From Lama guanicoe (Eukaryota), in assembly GCA_013239625.1 (NCBI GenBank), contig MU053933.1:622001-686000 (forward strand): DNA of 64,000 nucleotides, given 5' to 3'. Both the position numbers and the translations under genes were made by a program. Below are positions 1 to 16,267 of the stretch, one piece after another. Below the pieces are notes generated by a model, which had not been told where the DNA came from, did no database searches, and was given only the letters and a program-made list of their open reading frames with translations. The stretch's first letter is position 1, and each line of letters begins with the position of its first letter.

Positions 1-2259
1 CAGCGGACCCCACTGACGAGCACTGATAGCCCCCTGCGCCGGCTTTGTCTGTTAAGTCATGGCCTTCAGAGGCCAGCTTCTGGCCCCCATCTGGTATCTG
101 GTGCAAGTCTTAGGGGAGGGTCCCGGAACCCCCTCTGCTGCTCACACAGAAGGCGCAGGCGCAGGCGCAGGATAGCCCTCTTGGCAGAGAACGGCGGTGT
201 CTCTGGGGAGGGCCCGCCAGGTACTTGTCCTCCACGTGTCTGGTGAAGACTCCGACGGGAAGAGGACCTCGTGCTGTTCTCAGCTGGGTTCACAAGAGCA
301 TCTCATTGGGATGGGTCTTCTCTGCCGCCGTGTGGCTGAGCCGTCCCAGGGAGTGGGAGACCGCCTCTCTGCAGACTGATCTGCTTCTGGGTTGAATGAG
401 GCAAAGAGCATCCCTGCAGAGTGCACAGGTGCCCGTGGTCCTGCACACGCTCCTCACAGGACACCCACAGCTCGGCAAGGCCAGCCCATCCTCCTGGTCC
501 CCGCCCGAACCCACGGCAGGACTGTGTGATTGTTCCCAGGAGAGGACAGCGGCCGAGGGCACGTCCTGACTCACTTCTCTCAGCCACAGCGTGTACCTAG
601 GTTCTGGCTGTTTACACCTCAAGGAGACACAATAGGACGGCATGTTCCAGCAGGTAGTGGAATATTGCCACAGCTTTTCTCATTTCCCAGAAAAGGAGCC
701 TCAGCCCTCCAGAGCCCCCAGCGAGGGGGCTTTCTCAGGAACGAGGCCTCCCAGGGCCAGGACACTGTCCTTTCTGTTTAGTTTTAAAACAAAACCAGTC
801 TGTGGAGCGTCACTCTGGAGAGAACCCTGGATGAGAGGCCTGCACGGAGCAGACAGGAGACCTTGACTCTGGCCTCAGCCTCCAGGTCCTCTCGGTGGGG
901 CTGAGGGCAGGTGGGGGTGAAGACCGGCTCGGCCACAAGGAAGGGGCCCTGAGGTCAGAGAGGTGGAGGGGAAGGGGCGTGTGCCCTGGCTGTGAGCCCC
1001 CAGAGCGAGCCTGGAATGACCAGAGGGAGTCTTTGTCCTGTGCCTTCAGCCTGGGTCCCCGGAGGCCCCTGGAGCCGCGTCGTCCTGGGAAGGCCAACGG
1101 ATGCCGTCTGCACCAGGCAAAGTGTGCGGAAACATGGCCTTTTCCTGGTGACCTCGCTGACCCCCCTTCGGGTTGGTGTCCCTCAGAGACGGTGCATTCT
1201 AGAAGCAGCTGTGGAGCTGGGTTTGGGGGTCAGCAAGGGAGAGGCAGACTGGGATTCGAACCTGAGTCTGCTCCGCCCGTGAAGCAGCAGGGCCCTGGCT
1301 CTTCCTGTCACCAAAGTCACATTCTGCCCTGACCCTGCACGAGTGATTTAAGAGCCACAGTGGAAATTTTCTTCCTTGTGATTTTCTTCTCCTTTGGGAT
1401 GGGATGACCTCATCTCCCCAGAGAAACCGCTGGGCTGGGGCCCGCCCGCTGCTGCCACCAGGCGCCGAGATGATGGCCGAGTGAATTCCGGCAGGACCTC
1501 CCAGGCCGGCTGCCCCCGGGAGGTGAACCTGGCGTGGAGGCAGGAGGGGTGGCGGCTGACCTCCGCCTTCCTGCCGCTGCCTTCAGGAAGGCGCCCGGAT
1601 GGACTCTGGACACGGAACACGGCAGCCGAAACCAGCGCCACGGCCTGCCCTGAAGCCTGCTGGCCTTCCTGCTCCCGCGGCAGTGCCGGGTCGACGGGCT
1701 CCGCGCACAGGGGCTGTTTATGTCTCCGTGGCATCAGCAGGGCCGCTGAGGGCGGTGGTGACTCCTCTGAGCAGTCTCACTGTCTTGGCTGCCACATCAC
1801 AGACCTTCTCGTCCCATTTACAAGTGCAAGAGGGGCTTCCGTCCTTCTTTCTGAGATACCTGGCCAGTGTGGCTGTGTCTCCAGGAGCTGTGTGTCACGA
1901 AGAGCTGCTGTCGAGTGAATGCTTACTGCGTGCTGAGCGCTTTACCCATTATCTCATTAAAGCATCTGGGTGGCCCCCCGCTTTGTGCTGGTCAGAAACG
2001 GATCACCCATCCGGCTGCGTATCCACCGATCGGCCCACTCTGCTCTATTTATACAGCACCTTCCCCGCCCTGGGCCCCGAGCGGGGCTTACAGGTGAAGG
2101 CCTGGCTCCTGCACTGCCTCTCAGCCTCCTGGGCCCAAATCAGGACCTTGGGCTGGGAAACGCGTCTGCCCACCTGGCAACGGGCGGCTGGGGCGGGTGG
2201 AGGGTGCGATCTGCACGTCTGTCCATGTGTGTCTGCGGGTGGGATGGGGAGGAGGCTGA

Positions 2260-2965
<706 letters not shown>

Positions 2966-3404
2966 TAGCTACTTTAAGGCTTAAGTAGCTCAGGTGGCAG
3001 GATGGGGTGGGGGTGGGAAGAGCTGGTCAGTGTTCTCTGTCGGGCTGGCGTCCGGACGTCACTGACATCTCTGAGGCTTCATTCCCCAGCCCCTGGTTAC
3101 AGTGGGGAACACCTGACTTACAGAATTCAACAGCAGCTTGTGATATTTGTACGACACCGTCTCTTTCAGAAATCTTAGGTGTTGGTATTATCATGAGCAA
3201 AAAGCAAAAAAAGTCCCAAGGGATGAAATGTGTGTAGTTCCAAAATCTTCCCTAAGCAGGTGGTTAACATGAAGGGAAAACAAGCAACACAACACAATAA
3301 TTTCAGGTCATAGGATAGCCTCTGTCTTCCCTGACTTACCGTGGGTTTCTCTTTGAACTATGAGTCCTTGCGGAGTAGCAGAAAGCTCTTCTGAGAGAGA
3401 AATT

Positions 3405-3520
3405 GATGGATAGATGGGTGGATGGATGGGTGGGTGGACAAACAGATGATTGGATGGATAGATGGGTGGATGGGTGGATGAATAGATGGATGGGTAGTTG
3501 GGTGGGTGGGTGGCTGGATG
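3405..3520. repeat. (TGGA/TGGG)n simple repeat
   Basis: Directly visible degenerate tetranucleotide array just upstream of the ABCG1 NPADF exon. Confidence 0.9.
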
Positions 3521-3562
3521 GTTTCTGAGTTCTTCTTGCCTTACAGAGGAAAGCAGAGTTGA

Positions 3563-3709
<147 letters not shown>

Positions 3710-4044
3710 TAGAGCCTTGACCAGCTGGAAGGGAAAAAAAAGGGGGTCTCTTCCATTCTTGGTGGGCTTCTGCTATTACCTGACGCCCCCAAATCAAGAA
3801 TTGAATATTCTTAAATATTCTGCAGATGGCTCACACGCCACCATGTGGTGGAACTCTTAAGAACAGATAAAGAGAGGTCTTCCCCGCAGGTGAAAATATC
3901 TGGGGACGACAAGGGATCTGTTGTTGGGAGAAATATTTCCTCATGCTTGACTGTGTTATGCTTCTGGTTTGAAGGAAGTTATTTCCAAAAAGAAATAACC
4001 TTAAAAAAACAAACCTTTTGCACTGATGAACAGAGATGTTAAGT

Positions 4045-4243
4045 GGGGAGGGTATAGCTCAAGTGGTAGAGCGCACGCTTAGCACGCCTGAGGTCCTGGG
4101 TTCAGTCCCCAGTACCTCTTCTAAAATAAATAAATAAATAAACGAATAAATAAATAAATAGAATTACCTCCCTCCTCCGCCAAAAAAAATAAAACAAAAT
4201 AAAACAAGTAAATTTTTAAAAAGAATACATTAAAAAAAAACCT
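4045..4243 (+). mobile_element. tRNA-derived SINE (camelid vic-1-like)
   Basis: GGGGAGGGTATAGCTCAAGTGG A-box head, GGGTTCAGTCCC B-box, (TAAA)n/A-rich tail; perfect 14-bp target-site duplication aacagagatgttaa at 4029-4042 and 4244-4257. Confidence 0.9.
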
Positions 4244-4759
4244 AACAGAGATGTTAAAATGCTGATTTGTATTTTGACCAAACACAACAAAATACGTGTC
4301 CCCGGGAGCCCAGAGACCAGGCTGACGGTCCGAGCTACCCCTCCCGACACGGAGGTCCCGAGGCTGGCGGCCGACGCCCCGTCGCCTGCTGGGGCTGGTG
4401 GTTGGTGGGCTCCGCCTCGGTGCTCCGTGGCTCCTCCTCTGGCCTCTCCTCTCGGCCCAGACCCTCCAGGGCGCTGACGCCTCGTCGCTCCCACCACGAG
4501 GGCTGTGCATCACGTGGCCGACACGTCCACCCGCAAACAGCGCAGCCTCTTCAAGTCCTGCGCCTCCAAAACCAACTCCCTCTCCCTCCCGTCAGTTATG
4601 CCCTTTTCCAGCCTGCACCCCAAGCGGGGGACCTCGCTCCCCCCGCCTTCTCTTTCTCTTCCTACTTCCTAGACCACCGAGCGCTCGCACACCTGGCCCA
4701 GTCCACTCTCCCCCTCGGCCGCTGTGTCCGGGCCCGACCTGCCACGGCATCCTCCGTTC

Positions 4760-5180
4760 CTGGGGCTGCTCGAACGAGGCGCCACAAGTGGGGTGGCCGA
4801 AAACAGCAGAAACCCGCTGTCTCATGGTTCTAGAGGCCAGAAGCCAGCGTGTCCTCGGGGCCAGGCTCCCTCTGAAGGCTCTGCGGGGGTGGGGGGTCCT
4901 TCACGCCTCTTCCAGCTTCTGGTGGCTCCCGCCTTCCTCAGCTTGTGGCCACACACCCCCAGTCTCTGTCTCTGTCTTCGCATGGCTTTTTCCTCTGTAT
5001 GTGTCCTCTCCTCTTCTTATAAGGGCAGCAGTCAGTGGATTCAGGGCCCAATCCTAAATCCAGGATGACTTCATCTCACAATCCACAACCAGTTACATCT
5101 GCAAAGAACCTTCTCCAAATGAGGCCACACTGTGAGGTTCCAGGTGGACATGAATTTCAGGGGACCCTGTTCAACTCGCT
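4760..5180 (-). mobile_element. MaLR LTR (MLT1-like), boundaries approximate
   Basis: Typical MLT1 words: ggttctagaggccagaag, tccagcttctggtggctc, cttcttataagg, atccaggatgac, acatctgcaaaga. Confidence 0.7.
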
Positions 5181-6592
5181 AGAACCACCCCCTCGATCTC
5201 CTGGTTGTCAGCCTTTTTCCCTGAGCTGTTTTGCTCTCAAGCGTCTGGCCACACTGCTCCCTGGTCCCCGTGTTTCCTGTACATCATCTTCCAAATCGTG
5301 CTCCCCGAGACACTGTTGCTTTTTACAAGAAGAGGGCTCTGATGAAGCAGAGCCAGAGTGCGGGGAGCTGGAAGGAGGCGAGGCCGAGGGGAGGGAGGCT
5401 CAGGCAGCCGAGTGGGTCAGGGGGATGGTTGCATATTCGTTCAGAGAGAGAGGATGGGAGGAGGGTCGGGGACAGGTGCTGCTGAGCGGGGAAGTGCGAT
5501 AAGATCCACAGGCTGCAGAGAGGCGAGGACCTGGAGGGAAGGACAGACGAGGAGAAGGAACAGGACGCGGGACTGTGGGGAGGTCCCAGGAAGGTGGTGG
5601 GTGCCTTTCTGGCCGCTGCTGTGTCCTTCGTGTCACACCTGAGAAGGAGGTGGCGGTGAGGAGAGGGTGGCCGTCTGGAGGGTGGTGGGTGTGAGTGGCA
5701 GTGGGGCGGGCAGTGCTGGCTCATTTGGCATAGCCGATGCTGACATCCTGGGGGGACCATCCTCTCCTGGTTTACGACCAGACCGAGGAGGGCTTGGCCA
5801 CCCCAGCTCAGGCTCAGGGACATAGATAGCTGGCTTTGCCGGAGGAGCTTTGGGCATTAGCAGCAAGCTTATTGAGGTGAGAGGCTGGACCCACCAGGAG
5901 GGACGTGGGAGGCGTGGGGAGGGAGAGGGCAGTGGGAGGACAGGAAGGAGCAGCAGTCGCCAGGCGAGTGTGCGCCCAGGAGAGAAAGGGCAGCGTGGGA
6001 CCTTGGACAGTTTGGGGTGCAGCGGGGTGTAACACCAGAGCCGAGGAGGGATGGGCTGGCAAGGAGGGTCAGTGGAGGAGACGCTCCCTGGGGGTCTGGG
6101 GCGGGGTGTGGGCTGACGGTCCCAAGACCCTGATGTCCCCTGGGCGCCGAGCGCACGTGCCTGTGGGCCCCGGCACTTCTCCTTGGTCCTGAAGAGCTCA
6201 CCCCCCCACCCCAGGAGCTGAGAGAGCTTCCCAGTGGGAATCCTGCTCTCTTCTGCTCCTCTCCCAGCTCGGACGCTTGCCGCGGCCGGCACTCGATAGA
6301 TACTGGATGGATGGATGCGTTAACAGATGCACGAGCTAATTACCTGTCAGGCTCTCCGACGTCACAGTCCGCACCTGCATTTCTAGGGCCCTGGCGTCCT
6401 ACGTGGCCTTGCTGGGCCCTGCAGAGCTGGGAGAACATGGGTCGCTACATGATGTTATATTAGCACCCTCACTCAGCAGCTATAGAGTCGGTGAAAAATA
6501 TTCCCCGCTAGATTCTGACTTTGTTGCAAAATGAAAGAGGCTGACAGTTCCGAGGAGCGATGCCTGGCGTGACCCCTCTGTGTCTCGTGCAG

Positions 6593-6777
6593 TCATGGAA
6601 GTCGCGTCTGGAGAATACGGCGATCAGAACGGCCGCCTGGTGAGAGCCGTCCGGGAGGGCATGTGCGACTCTGACTACAGGAGAGAGCCCGGCGGGGATG
6701 CCGAGGTGAACCCTTTTCTTTGGCACCGGCCCTCTGAAGAGGTAAAGCAGGCAAAACGAGTGAAGGGGTTGAGAAAG
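6593..6777 (+). CDS. ABCG1: ABCG1 linker exon with two alternative 5' splice donors (after 6741 and after 6777)
   Basis: (V)[49 protein letters not shown][[12 protein letters not shown]]; donors GAG|gtaaag and AAG|gtaatt. Confidence 0.95.
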
Positions 6778-6838
6778 GTAATTTCGGGGGGCGCTGCATG
6801 CTGCCCGGTGCACCTGCTGCATGAGAACTGCTCTTTAA

Positions 6839-7129
<291 letters not shown>

Positions 7130-7819
7130 TAACAAACACTCCCCCAGATGCCAGTGGCTGCGACAGTAAATATTTATGTCTTGCTTGTGTTGTGTGTTGG
7201 TGGCTTCGGGCAGTGGCCCTGCTCCATGTGTGTCCTCATCCTGGGACCCAGAGCGGAGGACCAGGTCCTTGCTGGAACGTGACAGAGGGAAAGTTCGAGA
7301 GAAGCCCAATGGCAGCCCTTAAAACTCCCTGCTCCTTGGGGAAGCTGTCCCTTGTGCTCACATCCCATCGGCCAAGGCTGACGTCAGGAAGTGCCTTCCT
7401 CTCTCCAGAAAGCTCCACAAGGCACAGGGCAGTGGCAGGGTGTGGACACCTGTCTGGGGAAGGAGTTGCTGAACGGTGGGAACCATGACAATATCCACTC
7501 TAAAAGCAGACCATCCGGCAACCTGCGTAGGGGGACTGAGAGCTCAGGGGCCTCTGGGACCCAGTCTGCAAGACGCAGGGTCTGGGAGACACCTGGGCAG
7601 AGCCCTTCGAGGTGGGCTCTATGCATCCATTCTTTGTCCCCTTCCCCACTGCCACTGTCACTTGTCCTCTCCTCTGAAGGTACTCTGCCCTTGTTTGCCA
7701 CTTTTGAAGGGATTTAACGAAGGACAGCAATTTCTCCTGCTGTAACAGCAGCAAAATGTGGCCGTGTGTGTGAGTGTTTGTTGTGCGCACGTGCATGTTG
7801 GTTTAGGTCGGATGCTTAG

Positions 7820-8254
<435 letters not shown>

Positions 8255-9066
8255 TAGACAAGAAAATGTTTAAGCCAAAGGAATGAATCACTAATGGGAG
8301 ATTTGCAAGCCTGGCAGAAGGCTGATGTGACAGAGAGTTCTATAAGGTTTTCTAATCAGGAACCCCTCAAGCTCTACTGCATGAGCATTACCTCATTCAG
8401 TTAAGACAGCCCCAGTGTGGCCAAATTTGTGAGCGAATAAAGCTAATCTAAATGGATTTCCATGCAATTCTAAACTGTTTGCAAAGTAGGCTGCCCTTAG
8501 CCACTTTGGGCTGACAGTGTAGAAAGCTATTGCTTCTCCAGAAATCTAGCATAACCTTCTCCACCTTTTTATATATACTTTTTGCATTATGTTTTTAATG
8601 TAAGAAGTTCAAGTTTTATACAATGCCTATCTTGGCAGAATGGAATTAAATAGCTCTTTAGGATTTGGATAATGATCCCACAAACCCCTGCCATGCCACC
8701 TCCTAAACTGCCCGGAATTTCTAAGACCGGCTCGTGAGGTCTTGCCTGTGGAAGACATTGTTACGGTTACTCAGGGGAAGTAAGGTCAGCAGCAGATGCT
8801 CGTACCAACTACTGAAATGATGCTTTGTATCCACGTATCCACGCAGTTGCCCTCCACCCGGATTCTCCACTCTTTGAGTGCTCAGTGGTAAAGGCGGTGG
8901 GCAGTTTTTCTTGGCGAGTAAATCATCTCACGCCTTCCCAGTAAAACCCCAGGTCCTTTAAGTCCTGAAAGGTGCACACAGAGCAGAGGCCAGGTTAGGG
9001 CTACGGAGAGCTCGGCGTGCGCTCTCGGCAGGCTGTGATGTCTGTCTTCATTTCCCTGCGTCCTAG

Positions 9067-9167
9067 TTCCCCTGGAGATGGGAGTATTTCTTCGAGAACA
9101 CCTGAATTACTGGTACAGCCTGAAGGCCTACTACCTGGCCAAGACCATGGCCGACGTCCCCTTCCAG
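9067..9167 (+). CDS. ABCG1: ABCG1 coding exon
   Basis: cctag|TT CCC...CAG|gtaggc; (F)[33 protein letters not shown]. Confidence 0.97.
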
Positions 9168-9260
9168 GTAGGCCGGGGGAAGCGGCGTGCTTTGAAGGGA
9201 GCGTGGCTTCTCCCGCGCACCCTGGAGAGGGGTGGGGCGCCGGCCGCCAGGAGAGGGTGA

Positions 9261-9563
<303 letters not shown>

Positions 9564-10284
9564 TGACTCCCTCGACTGGGGAGATGGAGGCCCAGAGAGG
9601 CAATGTGATTTTGTCAGAGTCACACAGCGGGCTTGGAGGCCAAGCTCTCAGTGTCTCCGTGGTATTCACTCAGCCATCCCTCAGATGCCACCCCCCCACC
9701 ATTGTGCTCCACACTCCTACTCAACTGAGCCCCACCACATGCCCTTCTGGACCCCGCCCTCAAGCTGCCAAACCTGCTGCATTTGCAGTTTCTGAACCCC
9801 GAGGGCTTCAGGGCGCTCAGCTTAGTCCTACCTTACAAACCAAAGCCAGAGCTCTGGTGAATCCACACACCCGAGGCCTTCCGACGCCCCCGTGGCTTGT
9901 GGCAGACTCCTGTTTCCGTGTCCAGAGCCTCCAGGGCGGTGCCTTCATCCATCCCAAGCCGACAGCCATAGAACGTGCTCGGCCCCCAGGCATGGTTAGC
10001 GCCCAGGGAGTGGCGCTCCTCACCCTTCCTCCCTCAGATTCAGCGACACCCCCGTGGTCAGCACCTCGGACATTGTGCCTCGAGCCTCACTGGGCTCCCT
10101 CACCACCTCTCCCAGCATCACTCCGCCCCTGCTCTGCGGGGCCTCCATCCTTTTTACTGTCCATCCCTTCTGCTGGGTCCGGCTGGGCCCCTGGGCACAG
10201 ACCCCAGCCCCTCCCTGGGCAGGAGACCAGCCTGCTCTCCCCCAGAAGGGGCTGCTTCTCCGCACCGCCTTGGCCCTGATGTGA

Positions 10285-10527
<243 letters not shown>

Positions 10528-11659
10528 TAGCGTGCGGGCCCCTGCTGATCGGGGACCGACCACAGCAGGGGGGGGGACATGGTCACGTGCAGCGGCTCGC
10601 AGCACCCCTTCCTGGCCATCAGCTGGGTGCCGGCATGATTCTTGGACCATGAATCCAAGAGTGTCGGTGCCTTCGATTTTAACCCTGGTTTTGTGTGCCC
10701 CACCTCCCACACACACGGGCGCACACACTCACGGAGAAAGTCGGTACTAGTGACCCTGAGGCCGTGGGGCCTCCATGTTCCGGAGAGGTGCCTTGGGTGG
10801 GAGAACTTCCATCTTTTAGGAATTTTACCCCTCTCTGGAATAAACAGAGCTTATAACAAGGTTCTGAATATTCGTAAAACCTTTGTAGGAAATCCAGTGG
10901 AAAACGAGTCATGTTTCAAGCGTCCTAATATTTTCCAACAAGCCTGCCCTGGTGCCCGGCACCTCGGGGGTCAGATTTCATCCTCTGTGCTCAGAGGTGC
11001 TTTGGCACGTCGGCCCCTGACAGGCAGTGCCCAAGTTAGAGCTTTCTCCCCAGCCCCAGCCATTTCACATGCCACACAGGATCCCAAGCTGTGAACAAGC
11101 TTGTCTTTTCCAGAGTGTCAGCTCAGACCCAGGTGTATTGTTCCAGAAAACAAAATCACATCAGGGCACTTGTTCAGTTTCAGCAATCTGTGCACCTTCC
11201 AATACCAAGAAATCGGAAACCCAGGCCTTCCTTCTCAGAGTTGGCACTTTTGTTCTGTTAATGCAGGGCTGGAACAAGACGATAGATGGTGTGAAAATGT
11301 TTTATTTAAATGCTCTGCAGTCCTTGGATGGCTATCAGATCCTCGAATATATCTGTTAAAAACAAAAGTGTATGATGTCAGAAGCAATCCAAGTGTTTTG
11401 CATTCGTATCCGCACTGAACAAATACCTACTCTCTTTGTCCAGTTTGGTTTTGGGGTTTTGTTTGTTTGTTTGTTTTTTTGGTGGAGATTCTGGAGGAAA
11501 CAGAATTGGAAAACGTCGAGCTGTTGAATGTGTCTGTCTTAGGAAGGCGTGGAGCGGTCAGGAAGGATCCCAGTGAAGAGAGACCTCCGGGGAGGGAGGG
11601 GAGCCGGGCTGAGGGTCACAGGGGGCACACACGGGCAGAGGCGGGGTCGGGGGTCCTGA

Positions 11660-11920
<261 letters not shown>

Positions 11921-14900
11921 AGCGCCGGGCGCCCGGCCAGAGGAAAACCGGACGCCGAGGCCAAGGGCCGCGCCCAGGACCCGGGTGGCAAGCCCGGCCC
12001 GAGGACACAGACACCCTGGGCCCCACCCCCTGGGGACCACGTTTGGTCGTCAGGCATCCAGGGTCGATGCCGCCCCAGCCGGGTTGGGTCTCTTCCCCAC
12101 CACTTTCTAGCTGTAACTAGGAAGGTGTAGAAAGGTTGTTTTTTTTTTCCACGTACAAAATTTTTAAATACCACAACTGGGGCAGAGCTGAAAACTGCGC
12201 CAAAGCTGGCAACGAGACCCCTCCTGCGGACGGGGACGCTCTGGCCCTGGGGGGGTGTCCGAGCAGCGTCCCGGCGGCCCCAGGGCAGCGGGGCCCGGGC
12301 GCAGCAGCGGGCCGGCCGGCCCGTCCTGGGACTGTTGTCGTAGCTTCATCTTTTTACGGTTTGTCTCTTTTTCCAAAGAGAAGTCATTTTTCAAGCCAAA
12401 AGTTGATAACTTTCATTCCTTTTCAGAAACTGTACCATTTTAGTACTTGTGGAAGAAAATTATGCAGGGTAAATAATATGTTTTGTTGGGAGCTGCGAGG
12501 GGTTTGACGCGACCGCTGGCCGGGCCTCATTCACAGGCAGAGCTCGTGGAAGACGCAGAGGTAGGCTCCAGGCTGGAGGAGGACTGGAACGGTGTGTTCT
12601 AAGCTGTGCAGAAAATTTTGAAAGTGACACCAAAAGTTGTGAAGTGAAATTGGCCAACTCTTTCAAAGTCGTTTATTTTGCCCATGCTTCTTATTTTGAG
12701 CAAAAATATATCGTTTCTTTCTTCCTGATTTTCCAAGCACCTTAATTTTGCCTAAAAAAAAAAAAATCTAGAAGATCGACCCTGTCGACGTCTTACAGAC
12801 ATTTCCTCCCCCTCATCAGCTACCTCCACTGAGCCTGGGAAAGCCTGGGACAGTGTGACTGTCGCAGGGTCTGCAGGTGCAGCCCAGGAAGGATGCGCTA
12901 ACTTCCTAAGAGGGAAGGTGCTGAGATTTCATGAGAATCCAAGACCTTTGCAAGAAACCGGCGAAGACTTAGAGCGGCGGAGGCGTCTGCTGCTCCTTCG
13001 GTCGTTCGCTTAGAGCCGTGAGCGGTTCCACCCCCACGTCCGGTTTCCGTGCCGTCTCAGTGGCACCACCTTCTCAACGCTGGGCGAGTGTAGTCTTTCC
13101 AGACTGGAAACTCCTTTCCAGTCACGTGGTCACACAAGTAAAGTCCCTCTCGGGCAGGAGCAGCGGGCACCTCTGCAGGGTAAAAGGCCTTTGAATCCCT
13201 GGCGGGGCGCCCTGTGCTCCTCGGCTGTCAGAGGCAGTGTGACTGCAGGGCGGAAGGGACCTTGGCCAGAGAAGTTCCTCTGGAGGAAAAGGGAACTGCT
13301 TTCTCTTCTAGAATACCATTAAGCGGGAATAGGGGTCTCCTAATGAAAGACTGTATTTTTGTGGACAGATTCATTAACCTCCCTGAGCCTCAGCTTCCCC
13401 ACCTGTAAACAGCAGCAGGAGACCGTCTTCAAGGCCGTGTTCAGCCCAGGATTCTGAGTTTCCTTGGTGTGTCCAGAAATTTTGTTTCCCATTTAAGAGA
13501 ATGAGAAAGGTCCAGATTTTACACACACACAGACTTGACTGGCAAATGCTGAGAGAGCCCTCTCTCGCCCTCAGATCCCTTTTAGTAAGCACAGCTGAGG
13601 TATTTAAATGGAATTTTGTGTTTGCTTACTTTGCACCACTGTGGCGTTGCCGTCCAGATTAAGTTACTTCACCAGGGTCAGACTTAGCCTTTATAAAAAG
13701 TCTTCATTCCATTTCAAGAAAGATTTGCCTGTAAGACATCGTGCACTGGGAAGCCTGGTGAAATATAAAGTGGGGAGGAGCTAAAAGCCCTCGGCCATGC
13801 CCCAGAATTACACCAGGCGAGGCCAGCACTGAAAACCTCTGCCGCCTGGGGAGCCCTTCCGGCCGTGGGTCCGTGCGCCTAGAAGGACGTCCCGCGCAGA
13901 CCGACCATCCCGCCCCTCCCCAGGCAGCCTCGCTTCTGCCGCTGAGCCCACGGCCACCTGTCTCAGCAGTTCCGGGAGGAAACAGTGAGATTCCTCTAGA
14001 TTTAAAATCTGGTTTCCAAACGCACCTCCACCCGAGGGAGGAATCCTCTCCCTGGGAGTTCGCGCTCCCTGCATTTCAATCTCCAGGTTATATTCATCCC
14101 CTAACAGATGAGAAGCTGATTAAGGCCTCCCAAAGGGCAGATCCTGGGGGGCGTGAGGGCCTGCGGGCTGCCGGGAGGGAAACCCTGTACAGGCTAATGT
14201 GTTATTTTCCAAGGATGCCACCTGGAGAGCAGTGAGGATTGAAGCTTAGGACTGAAGGACGAGGCTTAGGAAGACCTAAGGCCTTGCTGAGCGAGGGTGC
14301 TGCCTGCATCGCTCCTCACTCTGCAGGCATCAGCAGTGCCCCTTGCCCCTCGCTCCTGCTTGCTTATCCCAAATCTTGGCAGCTTAGGGCCAAACACCGC
14401 GGTTTGGATCTCCAGGCATTTGCCCTCTGCTTTTTGCCGTAGGACAGGTCGATAAAACACCTTACTCAGTGGCCGATGGGAGCACCCAAGGAACTCAGCG
14501 ACGTTGTTTTCCTGCACAAGTCTGGTTAACGTCTCTTGTACACTGGAATTTAAACCAGGCCGACTTCCCACGTCTAATTCTTTGGAGTAACGTCTGAATG
14601 TAATGACTCAGACCTTGCCTTCACCTCTGATTTCGCTTCTTCATTTGGGAGGAAGGCGGGGACCTGGGAAGAAAGACCTATAGCCTTTCCAGTCGTAGTG
14701 GAGCTGGAAAAGGAAGTCCAAAGAGTGTCCTGTTGCGTGGGGCTTGTCGGGAGAGGGGGCCTCTGCAGGGCTCTAGCCGCTGGTCCGCGGAAGCATCGGG
14801 GCCTGGGTCTGCAGACCAGCCCCACCTCGGGAGCCTGTCACCTCCTCCACGTTCACAGCGCTCCGCGCCTCCCTTTCACCCCCTCTTGCTGAGTATCAGC

Positions 14901-16267
14901 TGGAGAATTAAACGCTTCTAAAGCTGCCGTCTGGGCGACCTGGGAAGGGAAGGAGCCATGTAAACATTTCACATGGAAGATGCTGGAATCTGACTAGGTC
15001 ACCCGGGGGAGGGACCTTCAGGACCAAGAAATGGGATGTAAGCTTTCAGGTGAAAACTCATCGTGGGCCCCGCAGAAGGTCATCTCCCACCTGAGCGCGG
15101 CGCCAGCCGGCGGCCAGGGGCAGGCTGAATCCGCAGGGTGGGACCCCCTCCGGTGGTTTCCCCGAGGGGAGAGCACCTTGAGCCCCAGTGCGCTGAGCAT
15201 CCTTCCTCGCTGGTGGTCCAGGCATTGGCTGGATGCCTCACCATCTCCTCGGTTCAGTTACTTACTCAGCAAAAGAGTGCTGACCCCTCCCCGCATGCTC
15301 AGTGTCGCCCAGGCATGCGGGCTCAGGGAGGGCGCTCAGACGGCCGGTCCTCAGTGCGGGCGTCGGAGGGCGTCCCACTCTGCAGATGGAGGGTGCCGCG
15401 GCTGGGAGAGGGTCCGTGAGGTCCTGGGTCCAGGGCCAGGAAAGAGCAGACTTGAGTCTGACCCCAGAGTCTCTACCTTTTGCTTTGCCGTATTGCCTCC
15501 TGTTCACAGTGTGCAGATGTATAAGAAAATGCAACGTATAAAGTGAAGTGCTAGGTTAGTTCTGGACTTGCTGTCACCAAACAGACAGCTGAGTTGGAAG
15601 GGTGGCCCGCAGCCCCTTCCTCCGTCGCCTTGCATCGGGGTGTCCCGAGCTGGCCTGGGGGCCGAGCTCACCCCGTCTCAGTGGAGACGTGCCTTCCCCG
15701 CCCTTACCTGGTCTAAGCTTCCTAGTGCAGCACACCTGCGGGCGAGCTGAGCCCCGAGAGGGGCTGGTGTGCGCACGTGTGTGTGCATGCACGCCTGTGA
15801 GTGTGCACATACACACACGTGTGCACACACACGAGGGCACGTGTCAGGTCGCTCTGGGTGTGTGTCTCGTCGTATTATCTGTGGTGTCTCTAAATCCTCA
15901 ATCATCCTTTACTCCAGGAAAGAAAGAGAAAATTCCCTCACTTCATGCCTGCGGTGCAGATGGTAACGCGTAGTCAAAACCCACAGACTTGCAGCAAATA
16001 CCAGCTAAACTGGGATGTCACAAAAAGTGAAACAAAACAACGCAGCAGAGGGGAGGGAGGTGCAGGGTCTGTGGCTCTAAATTAGATACTCTCCAGAAAT
16101 GAAGACTGCTAATAAAACACTTTATATAAACTTTTTACTTGTGTTCAGTGTCAACTGCTTTGCAGTCAGTCTTCTGCTTGAACTTTACTAGACAGAGGGG
16201 ATTTTCAGGTTGGATTCTGAATACAGTTGCTGTACGTCTAGCGAGCCTTCTGGGTTCTCCCTCGGCC

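Noticed and set aside
4045..4120. tRNA-like sequence (also at 34235, 45622, 52036)
   Set aside because: A-rich tails, target-site duplications and divergent copies identify them as tRNA-derived SINEs, not tRNA genes.
13160..13225. Weak CTCF-like motifs downstream of ABCG1
   Set aside because: Several mismatches in core positions; not supportable without a PWM scan or ChIP data.
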